Position numbers and translations under genes: made by a program
Source of the DNA: Bacilli bacterium
GTDB taxonomy: Bacteria; Bacillota_I; Bacilli_A; RFN20; CAG-826
Length of the DNA: 64,000 bases
Assembly: GCA_017540455.1 (NCBI GenBank)
Contig: JAFYAZ010000034.1
Coordinates: forward strand, 25,146 to 89,145
Direction of reading: 5' to 3'
Notes under the pieces: model-generated
The model's input: the letters and a program-made list of their open reading frames with translations, nothing else
Told to the model about the DNA's origin: nothing
Databases searched by the model: none
In this document: one piece after another, positions 1-8,551 of the stretch
How the letters are laid out: each line of letters begins with the position of its first letter
Position numbering within the stretch: the stretch's first letter is position 1

Positions 1-301
1 GATTCATTCTGTCTAAGAAGGTCTTAAGCTGACCGGAAATCGAATAATAATAGATAGGTGTGACGAAGATGAGGGTGTCTGCAGAATTGACGTCCTCAAT
101 CACATCTTTGACATCGTCATTAAGCACACACTTCCCAGTGTCTTGGCAAGTCATGCAGCCGATGCAGTATTTGAGATTCATGCGGGAAATGTCGATGATT
201 TTGACTTCGTGATGCTCTTTTAAGCCCCTAACCATCTCATTCATGAGGGTTTTGGAGGTACTTTTGGCTCTTAATGATGAAGTGATGACTGTTACTTTCA
301 T
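1..301 (-). CDS. NADPH-dependent FMN reductase / iron-sulfur flavoprotein-like, partial (C-terminus lies beyond window start)
   Basis: Manual translation of the minus strand from the ATG at 301 gives MKVTVITSSLRAKSTSKTLMNEMVRGLKEHHEVKIIDISRMNLKYCIGCMTCQDTGKCVLNDDVKDVIEDVNSADTLIFVTPIYYYSISGQLKTFLDRMN. It has a flavodoxin-like FMN_red signature (TPIYyySISGqLKtFLDR) and a CxxCxxCxxxxxC cluster motif. Confidence 0.5.
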   Translation of the reverse strand, partial: MKVTVITSSLRAKSTSKTLMNEMVRGLKEHHEVKIIDISRMNLKYCIGCMTCQDTGKCVLNDDVKDVIEDVNSADTLIFVTPIYYYSISGQLKTFLDRMN

Positions 302-311
302 ATTTGTTCCC

Positions 312-1076
312 CTATTTGATTGTCTTAACAGAGTCGTTTGTGTATATGAGGGTCGTATCCTCAACGACGGAGTTGACGATGAAGACGTTTGAACCGATGG
401 TGACGTTGTCTCCGATGACGGTGTCCCCTCCTAAGATGGAGGCACCGCTATAAATGGTGACATTGTCCTTGATGGTTGGGTGGCGTTTCTTGCCGCTTAG
501 AGCCCTGCCTTCCTTAAGAGACAAAGCGCCTAAGGTCACGCCATGGTAGATCTTGACGCGTTTGCCGATCTCAGCGGTCTCACCGACGACGATGCCAGTG
601 CCATGGTCAATGAAGAAAGGAGAGCCGATCTTCGCACCAGGATGGATGTCGATTCCGGTCTTCGAATGGACGGTCTCGGAAATGATGCGAGGGATATACG
701 GGATATCAAGCTCATAGAGGGCGTGCGATATTCTGTAATAGACGATCGCTTTATAGCCTGGATAGGCATAGACGATTTCTAGGCGTGATTCACAAGCGGG
801 GTCACTTTCGTAGAAAAAGTCGAGGTCAGCGTATAATTCCTCTTCGATCGTTGGGATTTCCTTTAAGAAAGCCTCGCACTTCTTTTCGTCGTTAGAGATG
901 TATTCGAGGAAGGTGTTTTTGATGCGGGAAAGAAGGCTCTTCTTATGCTCTTCCACCCCTTCGTGAATCGTATCGAAAGCCCCAGGGAAAAGATACCTCT
1001 TCATGAGGTCGATGAATTTGGCGAGTTCCTCATAATGAGGCCTTCTCTCATTTTTGAACACTCTAGATGATTCCAT
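312..1076 (-). CDS. cysE: serine O-acetyltransferase
   Basis: 254 aa. Hexapeptide-repeat acyltransferase C-terminus (GAKIGSPFFIDHGTGIVVGETAEIGKRVKIYHGVTLGA) and an N-terminal SATase helical domain. Confidence 0.85.
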   Translation of the reverse strand: MESSRVFKNERRPHYEELAKFIDLMKRYLFPGAFDTIHEGVEEHKKSLLSRIKNTFLEYISNDEKKCEAFLKEIPTIEEELYADLDFFYESDPACESRLEIVYAYPGYKAIVYYRISHALYELDIPYIPRIISETVHSKTGIDIHPGAKIGSPFFIDHGTGIVVGETAEIGKRVKIYHGVTLGALSLKEGRALSGKKRHPTIKDNVTIYSGASILGGDTVIGDNVTIGSNVFIVNSVVEDTTLIYTNDSVKTIK

Positions 1077-1301
1077 TGTATCTGTTACCGCTATCTGAGA
1101 AGACGACGAGGATCTTCTTCCCTTTTTTCCTTTTTGCCGATCTCTAAGGCTCCTAAGAGGGCAGTGATTTTTTCAAAATAGTTCATGCGGTCATTTTACT
1201 ATGTTTCTTCTTTAGAGAAATCCTAAATGCATTTTCCAAGCGCAAAAACGGGAAAATATTTGCCCTTTGGAAATGCTTTGATAGCAAGACTGCCAGAGAG
1301 A

Positions 1302-2726
1302 TTAAAGCTCGATTCTCTCTTTCTTGGCGTCTTTTTTGTATCTAATGTAGGCGAAAGGGATGGAACCTAGTGCGATGATGGCCGCTCCCAGAGAGACGTA
1401 GCAGATGATGAACCCTAAACGCGCATTTCTTGCGTTTGCTCTTAAATACCCTTCATAGGATAGATAGGTCTTTGAATCGGTTTTGAAAACGTAAGCGTAG
1501 TTCCAAGCGGTTTTGTCTTGATATTTAAACGGATGGTTTTCTCTTGTCCCATCAACGTAGAGATAGACGGTGTCGCCGGCATGGAGTTCTTCTTTGAAGC
1601 TTCTGTCGGTTTCATGTAGTTCGATGCTGCTGATGCGATACTCAACCGGATTGTCTTTGAGTCCGATCACACAATCGTCGTTAAAATACCTAACGTATTC
1701 GAATTTACCGCTTACAAGGATGAGATTGCTCTCCTCCACTGGTTTTTGGAACGAGGAGATAAGGCCAGAGATGACGGCGACGACAAGCATTGCGCAGGCG
1801 ACTATGATGAAGTTTTTGAGGTTCGTTTTGAATCTTCTTTTTGCCGCGCCTTTGACGTCTTTCGAAAGAAGAAGATATTTTTTGCCTAGATATTCATCGC
1901 TTTGATTAAGGTCCTTTTCGTACTGTTTCTTCGTCATTGGCAGGGCAATAATGGGCAATAATAGCAAAACTAAGCCAACCACGATCGCGAAAATCAAGAG
2001 ACCCTTTTCAGAAAGCACAATAGAAACTCCTACAATAGTGCCAACGGCAATAAGAGTGAACGCAATCGTGGCAATCATGAGGGTTCGCCAATTCTTTTTG
2101 AAGGTAGGAATCATATCCCTGATCTCTTTGCCGACTTCGGAAAAGGTCGATTTCTCGGTGGCCGCCTCATCTATGGAATCAGACTCGTCGCTATTCTTTT
2201 TTCTTCTTTCGTCGAGCATTTTGATGAAATCGGCGACTTTTTGGGTCTTGGACGAAATCGAGAAAGCCGAACCATCTTTGCAGGTGAAGATATAACCGGA
2301 ATAAATAGCGTTAATGAAGACAATATCCTTGATTTTGATTTCCTTGACTCTGATGAATCTTCTAACGAAGACCGAATCCCCTTTGATGGCTTCGTATTGG
2401 AAAGTGAAGAAAAATAAGAACGCTAGGCCGAAAAGGGCGATAAAGTCACCGAGAACCAGAAGCGCGATAAAGGCCGGATGCTCGATGTTAAGAAAAGAAG
2501 CGCTGACAAAAACGATTCCGATCACGAAGAGGACGTGATTAATTACCTTGACCCAACGAGGGGAAACAGTCATGAGTTCATAAGGGTTATTCTTCAAACG
2601 GAAACCGAAGATGATTATGAGGAGATAGCTGATGAGAAGTAGAACAATAGAAATGATAGAAGCGATAAACATAACCATAAGGTTACACAAAATAGCCATT
2701 TGTAGCAATATCCTTCCGATTTGCAT
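1302..2726 (-). CDS. polytopic membrane protein with two TM-bundle plus cytoplasmic PH-like (bacterial PH / DUF304-type) modules
   Basis: Long ORF 1302..2849. Its first 41 codons overlap the upstream lipoprotein gene, so the start is placed at the internal Met (MQIGRILLQ...) at 2726. Multiple hydrophobic helices alternate with two soluble domains (IKIKDIVFINAIYSGYIFTCKDGSAF... and LILVSGKFEYVRYFNDDCVIGLK...). Confidence 0.5.
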   Translation of the reverse strand: MQIGRILLQMAILCNLMVMFIASIISIVLLLISYLLIIIFGFRLKNNPYELMTVSPRWVKVINHVLFVIGIVFVSASFLNIEHPAFIALLVLGDFIALFGLAFLFFFTFQYEAIKGDSVFVRRFIRVKEIKIKDIVFINAIYSGYIFTCKDGSAFSISSKTQKVADFIKMLDERRKKNSDESDSIDEAATEKSTFSEVGKEIRDMIPTFKKNWRTLMIATIAFTLIAVGTIVGVSIVLSEKGLLIFAIVVGLVLLLLPIIALPMTKKQYEKDLNQSDEYLGKKYLLLSKDVKGAAKRRFKTNLKNFIIVACAMLVVAVISGLISSFQKPVEESNLILVSGKFEYVRYFNDDCVIGLKDNPVEYRISSIELHETDRSFKEELHAGDTVYLYVDGTRENHPFKYQDKTAWNYAYVFKTDSKTYLSYEGYLRANARNARLGFIICYVSLGAAIIALGSIPFAYIRYKKDAKKERIEL

Positions 2727-2751
2727 GGGTTTTTGATGTTTGAGCAAGAAA

Positions 2752-2790
2752 AAAGGAGAGCCTTTCGGCCCTCCCTTTCCCTTGAAAGGA
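2752..2790 (-). terminator. rho-independent terminator for the lipoprotein gene 2797..4338
   Basis: GGAGAGCC-TTTC-GGCCCTCC hairpin. On the minus strand it is followed by TTTTTTCTTGC. Confidence 0.5.
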
Positions 2791-2796
2791 TATTTA

Positions 2797-4338
2797 TTAA
2801 GCGGCGATTGGCTTAAGAGAGAAGTAGTCAAGCTCTGGTCCGTCTTCAATAGCGGTCATCGCGATGGTGTTGGTGCCAACGGTGACATTAACGGTGCCAA
2901 GTTCGACCTGGACATAATCCGCTCCCCAACCGCTTGATAAGGCCTGGGCTGGGAGTGTTTTGCCAGTAAGAGGGACATCGACGGTGTTGAAGGTGAGGCT
3001 GACTGCCGCTCCAAGATCCATGTCTTCGTACTGGTAAGAGCTATTCATCTTCGGTTTGCCAGTCATGTAGAGTTTCATCTGCTTGGCTTCGGTGGCTTCG
3101 AAGGTGACGGTTAAGGTCTCGCCGGCTGGCCAAGTGGAGATAGTGGTTCCGCTTGCTGGGGTGCCTCCGCCCATGCTCCATGGGGAGGTAGCTTTGATGG
3201 CGCCCTCTTCGGTGACGCCGGTTTCGGCTTCGATTTGGATTTCGCCAACGGCTTTCTTAGGAGTGACGTTGATGGTGACTCTAGCGCCATACATGCCATC
3301 TTTCTTGGCAGTGATCTTGACCTGTCCGGTAGCAACGCCGGTGACAAGACCGTTTTCGTCGACGGTAGCGACTGTCTCATCGCTAGAGAGATAAGTAAGC
3401 TCAGTGGTCTCCGAGGTGATTTGGAGGGTATCCCCCACTTCGATTGTGAGACTCTCTTCGGTATTGGTGATGGCAATGGTTTCTTTGGCTGGGGCCGCGA
3501 CGGTTGCGATGGTCGTATCCGCGGAGCCATAGATCTCTAAGTAATCAAGAGAGAGGCCGCCTGCAAGCATCGTAAGCTCAAGGGTGTTCTCGCCTTGGAC
3601 GAGGTTGACGTTTCCTAAAGAGATCTCTGCCCAAGTGGTGCTATATCCATCGACCGTGATCTCACCTTGGATGGTAAGGTCGGCTCCATTGAACTTCGCT
3701 GACATGGCTTCTCCGACATTGACGGTCGAAGATGCTCCGATATAAGCAAGAAGCTCAGCTTGTCCGGCTTTGCTTGCGGTGAATTTGAGGGTTTCTTTAT
3801 CGCCTTCGCCGAAGCTTCCGATATAGGCGGTTCCGTCATCGTTTGTGGTGACTGGAGTGGCCGATCCGCTTCCGAATTCCATTCCGAAGAACGAGGTTGA
3901 ATACCAACCATCGGCAGCGACGTGATCGGCATCTTCGAATTCGACTTTGCCGCTGGCTGGGTGTCTTTCGACGGTGACGCTCATGCTTCCTTTGCGGTAG
4001 CCTTCTTTTTCGGCGCTGATGGAGGCAGTTCCAAGTCCGGTGGCGGTGACTTTGCCAGTCTGGTCGACGGTTGCGACTTTCTCATCGGATGACTTGTAGG
4101 TGACGCCTTCGACGCTCGATTTGATCTGGAGGGTTTCGCCGACATGGAGGGTCTTAGAACCTTCGGTGGTGAGCTCGATCTTCTCTAACTGACTGCTAGA
4201 GGCGGTGCTGGTTTGGCTTCCAGCTGGAGTTGACTCATCGGCTTTGCTTGCCTCGCCATTGCCATTGCCGCCGCAAGAGGCTAAGCACATCGTTAAAGCG
4301 AGGGAAGAAAGAAGGGTCAAGGCTTTGATTTTTTTCAT
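2797..4338 (-). CDS. surface lipoprotein with bacterial Ig-like (Big_2) repeats and a C-terminal CBM-like domain
   Basis: Signal peptide plus lipobox (MKKIKALTLLSSLALTMCLASCGG). Repeated segments of the form 'TL..GETLQI...VTYKSSDEKVATVDQTGKVTA' are Big_2-like. The C-terminus has LDYLEIYG / ELDYFSL motifs typical of carbohydrate-binding modules. Confidence 0.7.
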   Translation of the reverse strand: MKKIKALTLLSSLALTMCLASCGGNGNGEASKADESTPAGSQTSTASSSQLEKIELTTEGSKTLHVGETLQIKSSVEGVTYKSSDEKVATVDQTGKVTATGLGTASISAEKEGYRKGSMSVTVERHPASGKVEFEDADHVAADGWYSTSFFGMEFGSGSATPVTTNDDGTAYIGSFGEGDKETLKFTASKAGQAELLAYIGASSTVNVGEAMSAKFNGADLTIQGEITVDGYSTTWAEISLGNVNLVQGENTLELTMLAGGLSLDYLEIYGSADTTIATVAAPAKETIAITNTEESLTIEVGDTLQITSETTELTYLSSDETVATVDENGLVTGVATGQVKITAKKDGMYGARVTINVTPKKAVGEIQIEAETGVTEEGAIKATSPWSMGGGTPASGTTISTWPAGETLTVTFEATEAKQMKLYMTGKPKMNSSYQYEDMDLGAAVSLTFNTVDVPLTGKTLPAQALSSGWGADYVQVELGTVNVTVGTNTIAMTAIEDGPELDYFSLKPIAA

Positions 4339-4701
4339 AAAATCTGAATTTGCTTTATTGCAAATCTCCTTTCATCTTCAGGGTTTTGTGTTCCACGCGT
4401 CCGCCCTGAGAAGGCGCACGGAAGAGATAACGAATGGCGAAGGCGCCAAAAAGGCGCGATCTCTATTTTGTTAAGCCACTTCGATTATACGTTCAATTAA
4501 AGAAAATGATTTGCTTTTTATTGGTTATATTGGGACATAGAACTGTCATAAGTAAGCCACTACCTTGTGTTTGCGAGTTTTGTAAAATTTGTTTCTTTTG
4601 TAGTGTTTTCAATAACTTTCCAGTTTTGTTCTTTTATAAAGGTGAATAAAGATTGAATGTCGTTTTTAAGATTTATTAAGATTATGTTGTTCGAAGAATT
4701 T

Positions 4702-6774
4702 ATGAAAACCAAACGTAAAACGTTCATCCCGCTTTTGCTTGCGGCATCGTGTGTCAGCGCGATCGCTAGCTGCGGATTAAACGAAACCCTTAGCAAATCT
4801 GTCACTTTTCATATTGGAGAAGAGACTTACATAGTAAAAGGCCATGACCATTTCTCTCTCGAAGAAGGCGTTGAGCAAGAACACCGCCGCTTCCTCGGCT
4901 GGAGCGTGGATTCCACAAAGACCGGCATCGTTTCAACTGATGCCGATATAAGCCTTGAGGAAGTTGAGAAATACTTTGAGAATGCCGATAACCTCGATTT
5001 ATATGCCCTCTACTCAGATGTCTTGACCGTCAGCTTCGTCTTAGATACCACGACCACTTTCACCTTGGATTCGGATTTAGAAAACAAAGAAAAGGTCCCT
5101 AACCATTTCAAGGAGAATTTCATTTTCCAGGGATGGTCGCTTGAGCAAAACGGCACTTCGATTGCCCTAAGGGATTTCTCGGAAGTTAGTTATAGCATCG
5201 TCGCCCCTATTCTTAAGGGCGAATACGAAGTCTCCTTCTACCCTGTTTATGTGTCCGAAGACGCTAACAGCATCAGCCTTTACGCCTACGACACCTCATC
5301 TGAGATGGCGGAAATCCATATCGACACCGCAAATTCTTTGGCGATTGACGATGAATCCCTCATCGATCCAGTCGAAAAGAAAGGCAAAAACGGAGAGGTT
5401 CCGGTCTATAACTATGTTAATGCAACCATCTCCGTTGACCATTGCGACGACAAATACGCGCTTAACCAAGTGAGCGGCAAGGTCAAAGTAAGAGGCAACT
5501 ACACCTCCACTTACGCCAAAAAGCCAATCAGAATCAAATTCGATAACAAGCAATCGATGCTTGGGCTCAATAACAACAGCAAACTCAAGAGCTGGGTTTT
5601 GCTTGCGTGTTGGAAAGATACATCTCTTTTGAGAGACGCTAGCGCCTTCTATCTAGGGAACGCCCTTGTCGAAAGCGATGGCTTCTATTGCTCTGACTTC
5701 AGGTTCGTGAAGGTCTATCTCAATAACGAATACAATGGCGTCTATCTTTTGGCGGAACAACAGCAAATCGATGGCAAACGCGTCGATATCCCTGAATCCA
5801 AAAGCGAGTCCGACTCAGTCAATACCGGCTACTTCCTTGAATTCGATGGCTATTACATGAATGAGCCTGATATTCAGAAATTCACCGTTTCCTATAATTC
5901 CATCAAGACCGGGAACAATGGTTTCACCATTACGAATGACGTTATGAATACCGCTCAGCACGATTTCGCCCAAAAGGTCACTCAGAATATCTGGAAAGTC
6001 GCCTATGATGCGGTCAAGAATAGCCACGCCAATCTGACAAGCGCCCCTTACCACACCTTGGACGTTAATGGCGATTATGTCGTCGATACGACAATCGAGA
6101 CCCCTTATCAGGCCGTGAGCAAAGTCATCGATATTAATTCTTTGATTGATATGTATCTCCTTCACGAGATCTTAGAGGACCGCGATATTGGATTCTCTTC
6201 CTTCTATTTCTCGCTCGACTATAGCGAAACCGGGAACAAGAAACTCACTTTCACCGCTCCATGGGATTTCGATTATGCGACTGGAAACAGCACCTTTGAG
6301 AACGCACTCAAGATGACCCTCAATACGAATAAGCTCGCTAATGATGGAAGGCTTACCTCAAACAGGAAGAAACTCACTAGCAGCGCCAATTTGACCAAAG
6401 CGGACTTCACCTTTACGAACAAAGACGCCCTCTATTGCCAAAAGACCGATAATCCTTGGTTCCTCCTCTTCTCTAATGAGAGCTGGCTATGGAACAAGCT
6501 CTATGCCCGTTACCAAAAAGCAAGCGAGGCTGGTCTTTTCTCCTCTCTCTTAACGATGATCGACACTTATACGACCCAGTATGAGCAAGACTTCAACGAG
6601 AACTTCACCAAGTGGAGCGATTCCTTGGGAATCACTCTTTCTGGATATCAGCCAGATCTTGTGAAGATGTTCGTTAACCAAAAACAAGCCGCTCAGTACT
6701 TAAGGATCTGGCTTGAGGCGAGAATCGAAGGGCTTGGCTCTGCGCTTCAAAAGAAAGCCACCGCTTCTAATTAA
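4702..6774 (+). CDS. CotH kinase-family lipoprotein
   Basis: ORF 4657..6774. The likely start is Met16 (MKTKRKTFIPLLLAASCVSAIASCG; lipobox LAASC). The central region (VKVRGNYTSTYAKKPIRIKFDNKQSMLGL...SWVLLACWKDTSLLRDASAFYLGNAL...FRFVKVYLNNEYNGVYLLAEQQQI) matches the conserved core of the CotH family (PF08757). Confidence 0.6.
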   Translation: MKTKRKTFIPLLLAASCVSAIASCGLNETLSKSVTFHIGEETYIVKGHDHFSLEEGVEQEHRRFLGWSVDSTKTGIVSTDADISLEEVEKYFENADNLDLYALYSDVLTVSFVLDTTTTFTLDSDLENKEKVPNHFKENFIFQGWSLEQNGTSIALRDFSEVSYSIVAPILKGEYEVSFYPVYVSEDANSISLYAYDTSSEMAEIHIDTANSLAIDDESLIDPVEKKGKNGEVPVYNYVNATISVDHCDDKYALNQVSGKVKVRGNYTSTYAKKPIRIKFDNKQSMLGLNNNSKLKSWVLLACWKDTSLLRDASAFYLGNALVESDGFYCSDFRFVKVYLNNEYNGVYLLAEQQQIDGKRVDIPESKSESDSVNTGYFLEFDGYYMNEPDIQKFTVSYNSIKTGNNGFTITNDVMNTAQHDFAQKVTQNIWKVAYDAVKNSHANLTSAPYHTLDVNGDYVVDTTIETPYQAVSKVIDINSLIDMYLLHEILEDRDIGFSSFYFSLDYSETGNKKLTFTAPWDFDYATGNSTFENALKMTLNTNKLANDGRLTSNRKKLTSSANLTKADFTFTNKDALYCQKTDNPWFLLFSNESWLWNKLYARYQKASEAGLFSSLLTMIDTYTTQYEQDFNENFTKWSDSLGITLSGYQPDLVKMFVNQKQAAQYLRIWLEARIEGLGSALQKKATASN

Positions 6775-7067
6775 TATCTTTGTTTCAAATCTTTGATGGC
6801 AAGATAGACGAGTTCTTTTATTTCGTCAGGGTCTTCGCTATCGATAAGTAACATCGCTTTTGCGGATGGATATGGAATCTGGTCTTTAAGACCAAGCTTT
6901 TCGAGTGATTTGGTTTTCTTGATGAGGAAATCGTTATCAAAGACACCACCAAAAAGAGTGCCATCTTTATAAAGCAAATACTCACCCATCATCTTGCGAT
7001 AGGTGATTCCGTCCACTTCTCTTAATAGTTCGAGAACGTACTCTAGGTAATCGTTTGAGCTTGCCAT
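6771..7067 (-). CDS. TfoX/Sxy N-terminal domain protein
   Basis: ORF 6771..7103. The internal Met (MASSNDYLEYVLELLREVDGITYRKMMGEYLLYKDGTLFGGVFDNDFLIKK) matches the TfoX_N consensus (MFGGyglY.dG..F). Its stop overlaps the stop of the convergent CotH gene by 4 nt. Confidence 0.6.
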   Translation of the reverse strand: MASSNDYLEYVLELLREVDGITYRKMMGEYLLYKDGTLFGGVFDNDFLIKKTKSLEKLGLKDQIPYPSAKAMLLIDSEDPDEIKELVYLAIKDLKQRY

Positions 7068-7130
7068 GGTTCTATTATTCACAAAAAGAAAAAACTTTGA
7101 CACTCACGTATCAAAGCCTGAACTCCTTAA

Positions 7131-7204
7131 TGGTGCCCCGCCGCAGAGTCGAACTACGAATTGATCCTTACCATGGATCTGTTATGCCGTTTAACTAGCG
7201 GGGC
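7131..7204 (-). tRNA. tRNA-Thr (anticodon GGU), CCA encoded
   Basis: Reverse complement is GCCCCGCTAGTTAAACGGCATAACAGATCCATGGTAAGGATCAATTCGTAGTTCGACTCTGCGGCGGGGCACCA. It folds as a cloverleaf with a 7-bp acceptor stem, D stem GUUA/UAAC, anticodon stem GATCC/GGATC with loop AUGGUAA, and a TTCGACT T-loop. Confidence 0.85.
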
Positions 7205-7253
7205 AGCGAGTAGAATTATAGTTTCTTAAGAAACATCGCGCAAGTGGAATTGA

Positions 7254-8549
7254 TTAATTCGTTTCCTCGCCTATGAGATCGTAGACCATCGCGCTAGAGA
7301 TTCTGACCTTCGCGATGTCGCCTTCCTTGTGCATTTTAGTGCTATAGAAATAGATATTTCCATCGATGTCGTCTGGGGCATTCCAGTATGAGCGGAGAGT
7401 GTACATATCTCTTTTCTTATCGTATCCCGTGACGATTCCTTCCATCTCGTCCCCTATCCTCTCTTTGTTAAGGCGGTAGGAGATTTTCTTGGCGAGGGTC
7501 ATGATTTCGTCTTTTCTTTTGATCGCCGTCGCGCTTCTCACCTGATGGAGCATGTTATAGGCGGCAGTCCCTTCCTCGCGGGAGAAAGTAAAAACACCAA
7601 GGTGATCGAAAGGGATTTCCTTTAGGAATTTGACCGTTTCCTCATGCTCTTTCTTCGTTTCGCCAGGGAAACCGGTGATGAGGGTCGTCCTAAGGACGGC
7701 GTTAGGCATCATGGTTTTGATCTTGCGGAAAAGGGTCTTCATTTCTTCGACTGTGCCATGTCTATTCATAAGGCGAAGCATCTTATTGCTCGCGGTCTGA
7801 ATCGGGACGTCAAAATATGGGTCTATCGACTGGGAGTTCTTGATGAAACGGAGCTCCTCATCGGTGACCTCTTCTGGGTACATATAAAGGACTTTGATGC
7901 TATAGAAGCCCATCTTGTCGAGAGCGGACATGAGGTCGACCATGTTTGGCCCGCCTTTGATGTCGCAGCCATAATGCATCGGGTCTTGGGAGACGAGAGC
8001 GATTTCCTTGATGCCTTTGCTTCTAAGGATGAGGGCTTCTCCCACAATCTCTTCTAGTGGGCGGGATTTCATTCTCCCTCTGATATAAGGGATCGCGCAG
8101 AAAGAGCAGAAATTGTCGCAGCCATCGGAGATTCTTAGGTATGCGAAATATGGAGCGGTCGAGATCATCCTTCTCATTGGGTTGAGCTTGATGATGCCTT
8201 TTTCCCCAAGGAGTTCGGAGACCAGGAGATTCATCTTTGGGTAATCGCGGATCGGAACCCAAAGGTCGACTTCAGGAATGGCTTTCTTGAGTTCTTTGAG
8301 ATTACGCTCGACGAAGCAGCCGGTGACGATGAGCTTGGCTTGTTTATGCGAGGCCATCTCAAGGATGGTGTCGATCGCCTCTTTTTTGGCCGGCTCAATG
8401 AAACCGCAGGTATTGACGATGATGACGTCCGCTTCTTCTGGTCTTGGGGTAATCTCAAAACGGTCCCCTGGGAAGGAGGCAAGCATCATCTCACTGTCCA
8501 CTAGGTTCTTAGCGCAGCCTAGGGAGACCATTCCGATTTTCTTCTTCAT
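7254..8549 (-). CDS. rimO: radical-SAM methylthiotransferase, RimO-like (ribosomal protein S12 methylthiotransferase)
   Basis: 431 aa. N-terminal MTTase domain (MVSLGCAKNLVDSEMM), radical SAM CxxxCxxC (CDNFCSFCAIPYIRG) and a C-terminal TRAM-like domain. The N-terminal motif is closest to RimO rather than MiaB/MtaB. Confidence 0.7.
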   Translation of the reverse strand: MKKKIGMVSLGCAKNLVDSEMMLASFPGDRFEITPRPEEADVIIVNTCGFIEPAKKEAIDTILEMASHKQAKLIVTGCFVERNLKELKKAIPEVDLWVPIRDYPKMNLLVSELLGEKGIIKLNPMRRMISTAPYFAYLRISDGCDNFCSFCAIPYIRGRMKSRPLEEIVGEALILRSKGIKEIALVSQDPMHYGCDIKGGPNMVDLMSALDKMGFYSIKVLYMYPEEVTDEELRFIKNSQSIDPYFDVPIQTASNKMLRLMNRHGTVEEMKTLFRKIKTMMPNAVLRTTLITGFPGETKKEHEETVKFLKEIPFDHLGVFTFSREEGTAAYNMLHQVRSATAIKRKDEIMTLAKKISYRLNKERIGDEMEGIVTGYDKKRDMYTLRSYWNAPDDIDGNIYFYSTKMHKEGDIAKVRISSAMVYDLIGEETN

Positions 8550-8551
8550 GC

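Noticed and set aside
536-782. Overlapping ORFs 536..769(-) and 543..782(+) inside cysE
   Set aside because: They are embedded in or antisense to a well-supported cysE frame, with no RBS and low-complexity translations.
1077-1301. T-box leader upstream of cysE
   Set aside because: No AGGGUGGNACCGCG T-box sequence or specifier-loop architecture was found on the minus strand.
3083-3932. Several 100-139 aa ORFs antisense or alternate-frame within the Big_2 lipoprotein gene
   Set aside because: These are typical shadow ORFs of a Thr/Ser/Gly-rich gene. They have Pro/Ser/Arg-rich translations and no start context.
4205-4649. Small plus-strand ORFs (89 and 71 aa) in the lipoprotein/CotH divergent promoter region, plus GC-rich imperfect palindromes at 4378..4460
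   Set aside because: No RBS, and they overlap the lipoprotein 5' end. The palindromes are imperfect and could not be matched to any riboswitch class. They are most likely promoter or operator or chance structure.
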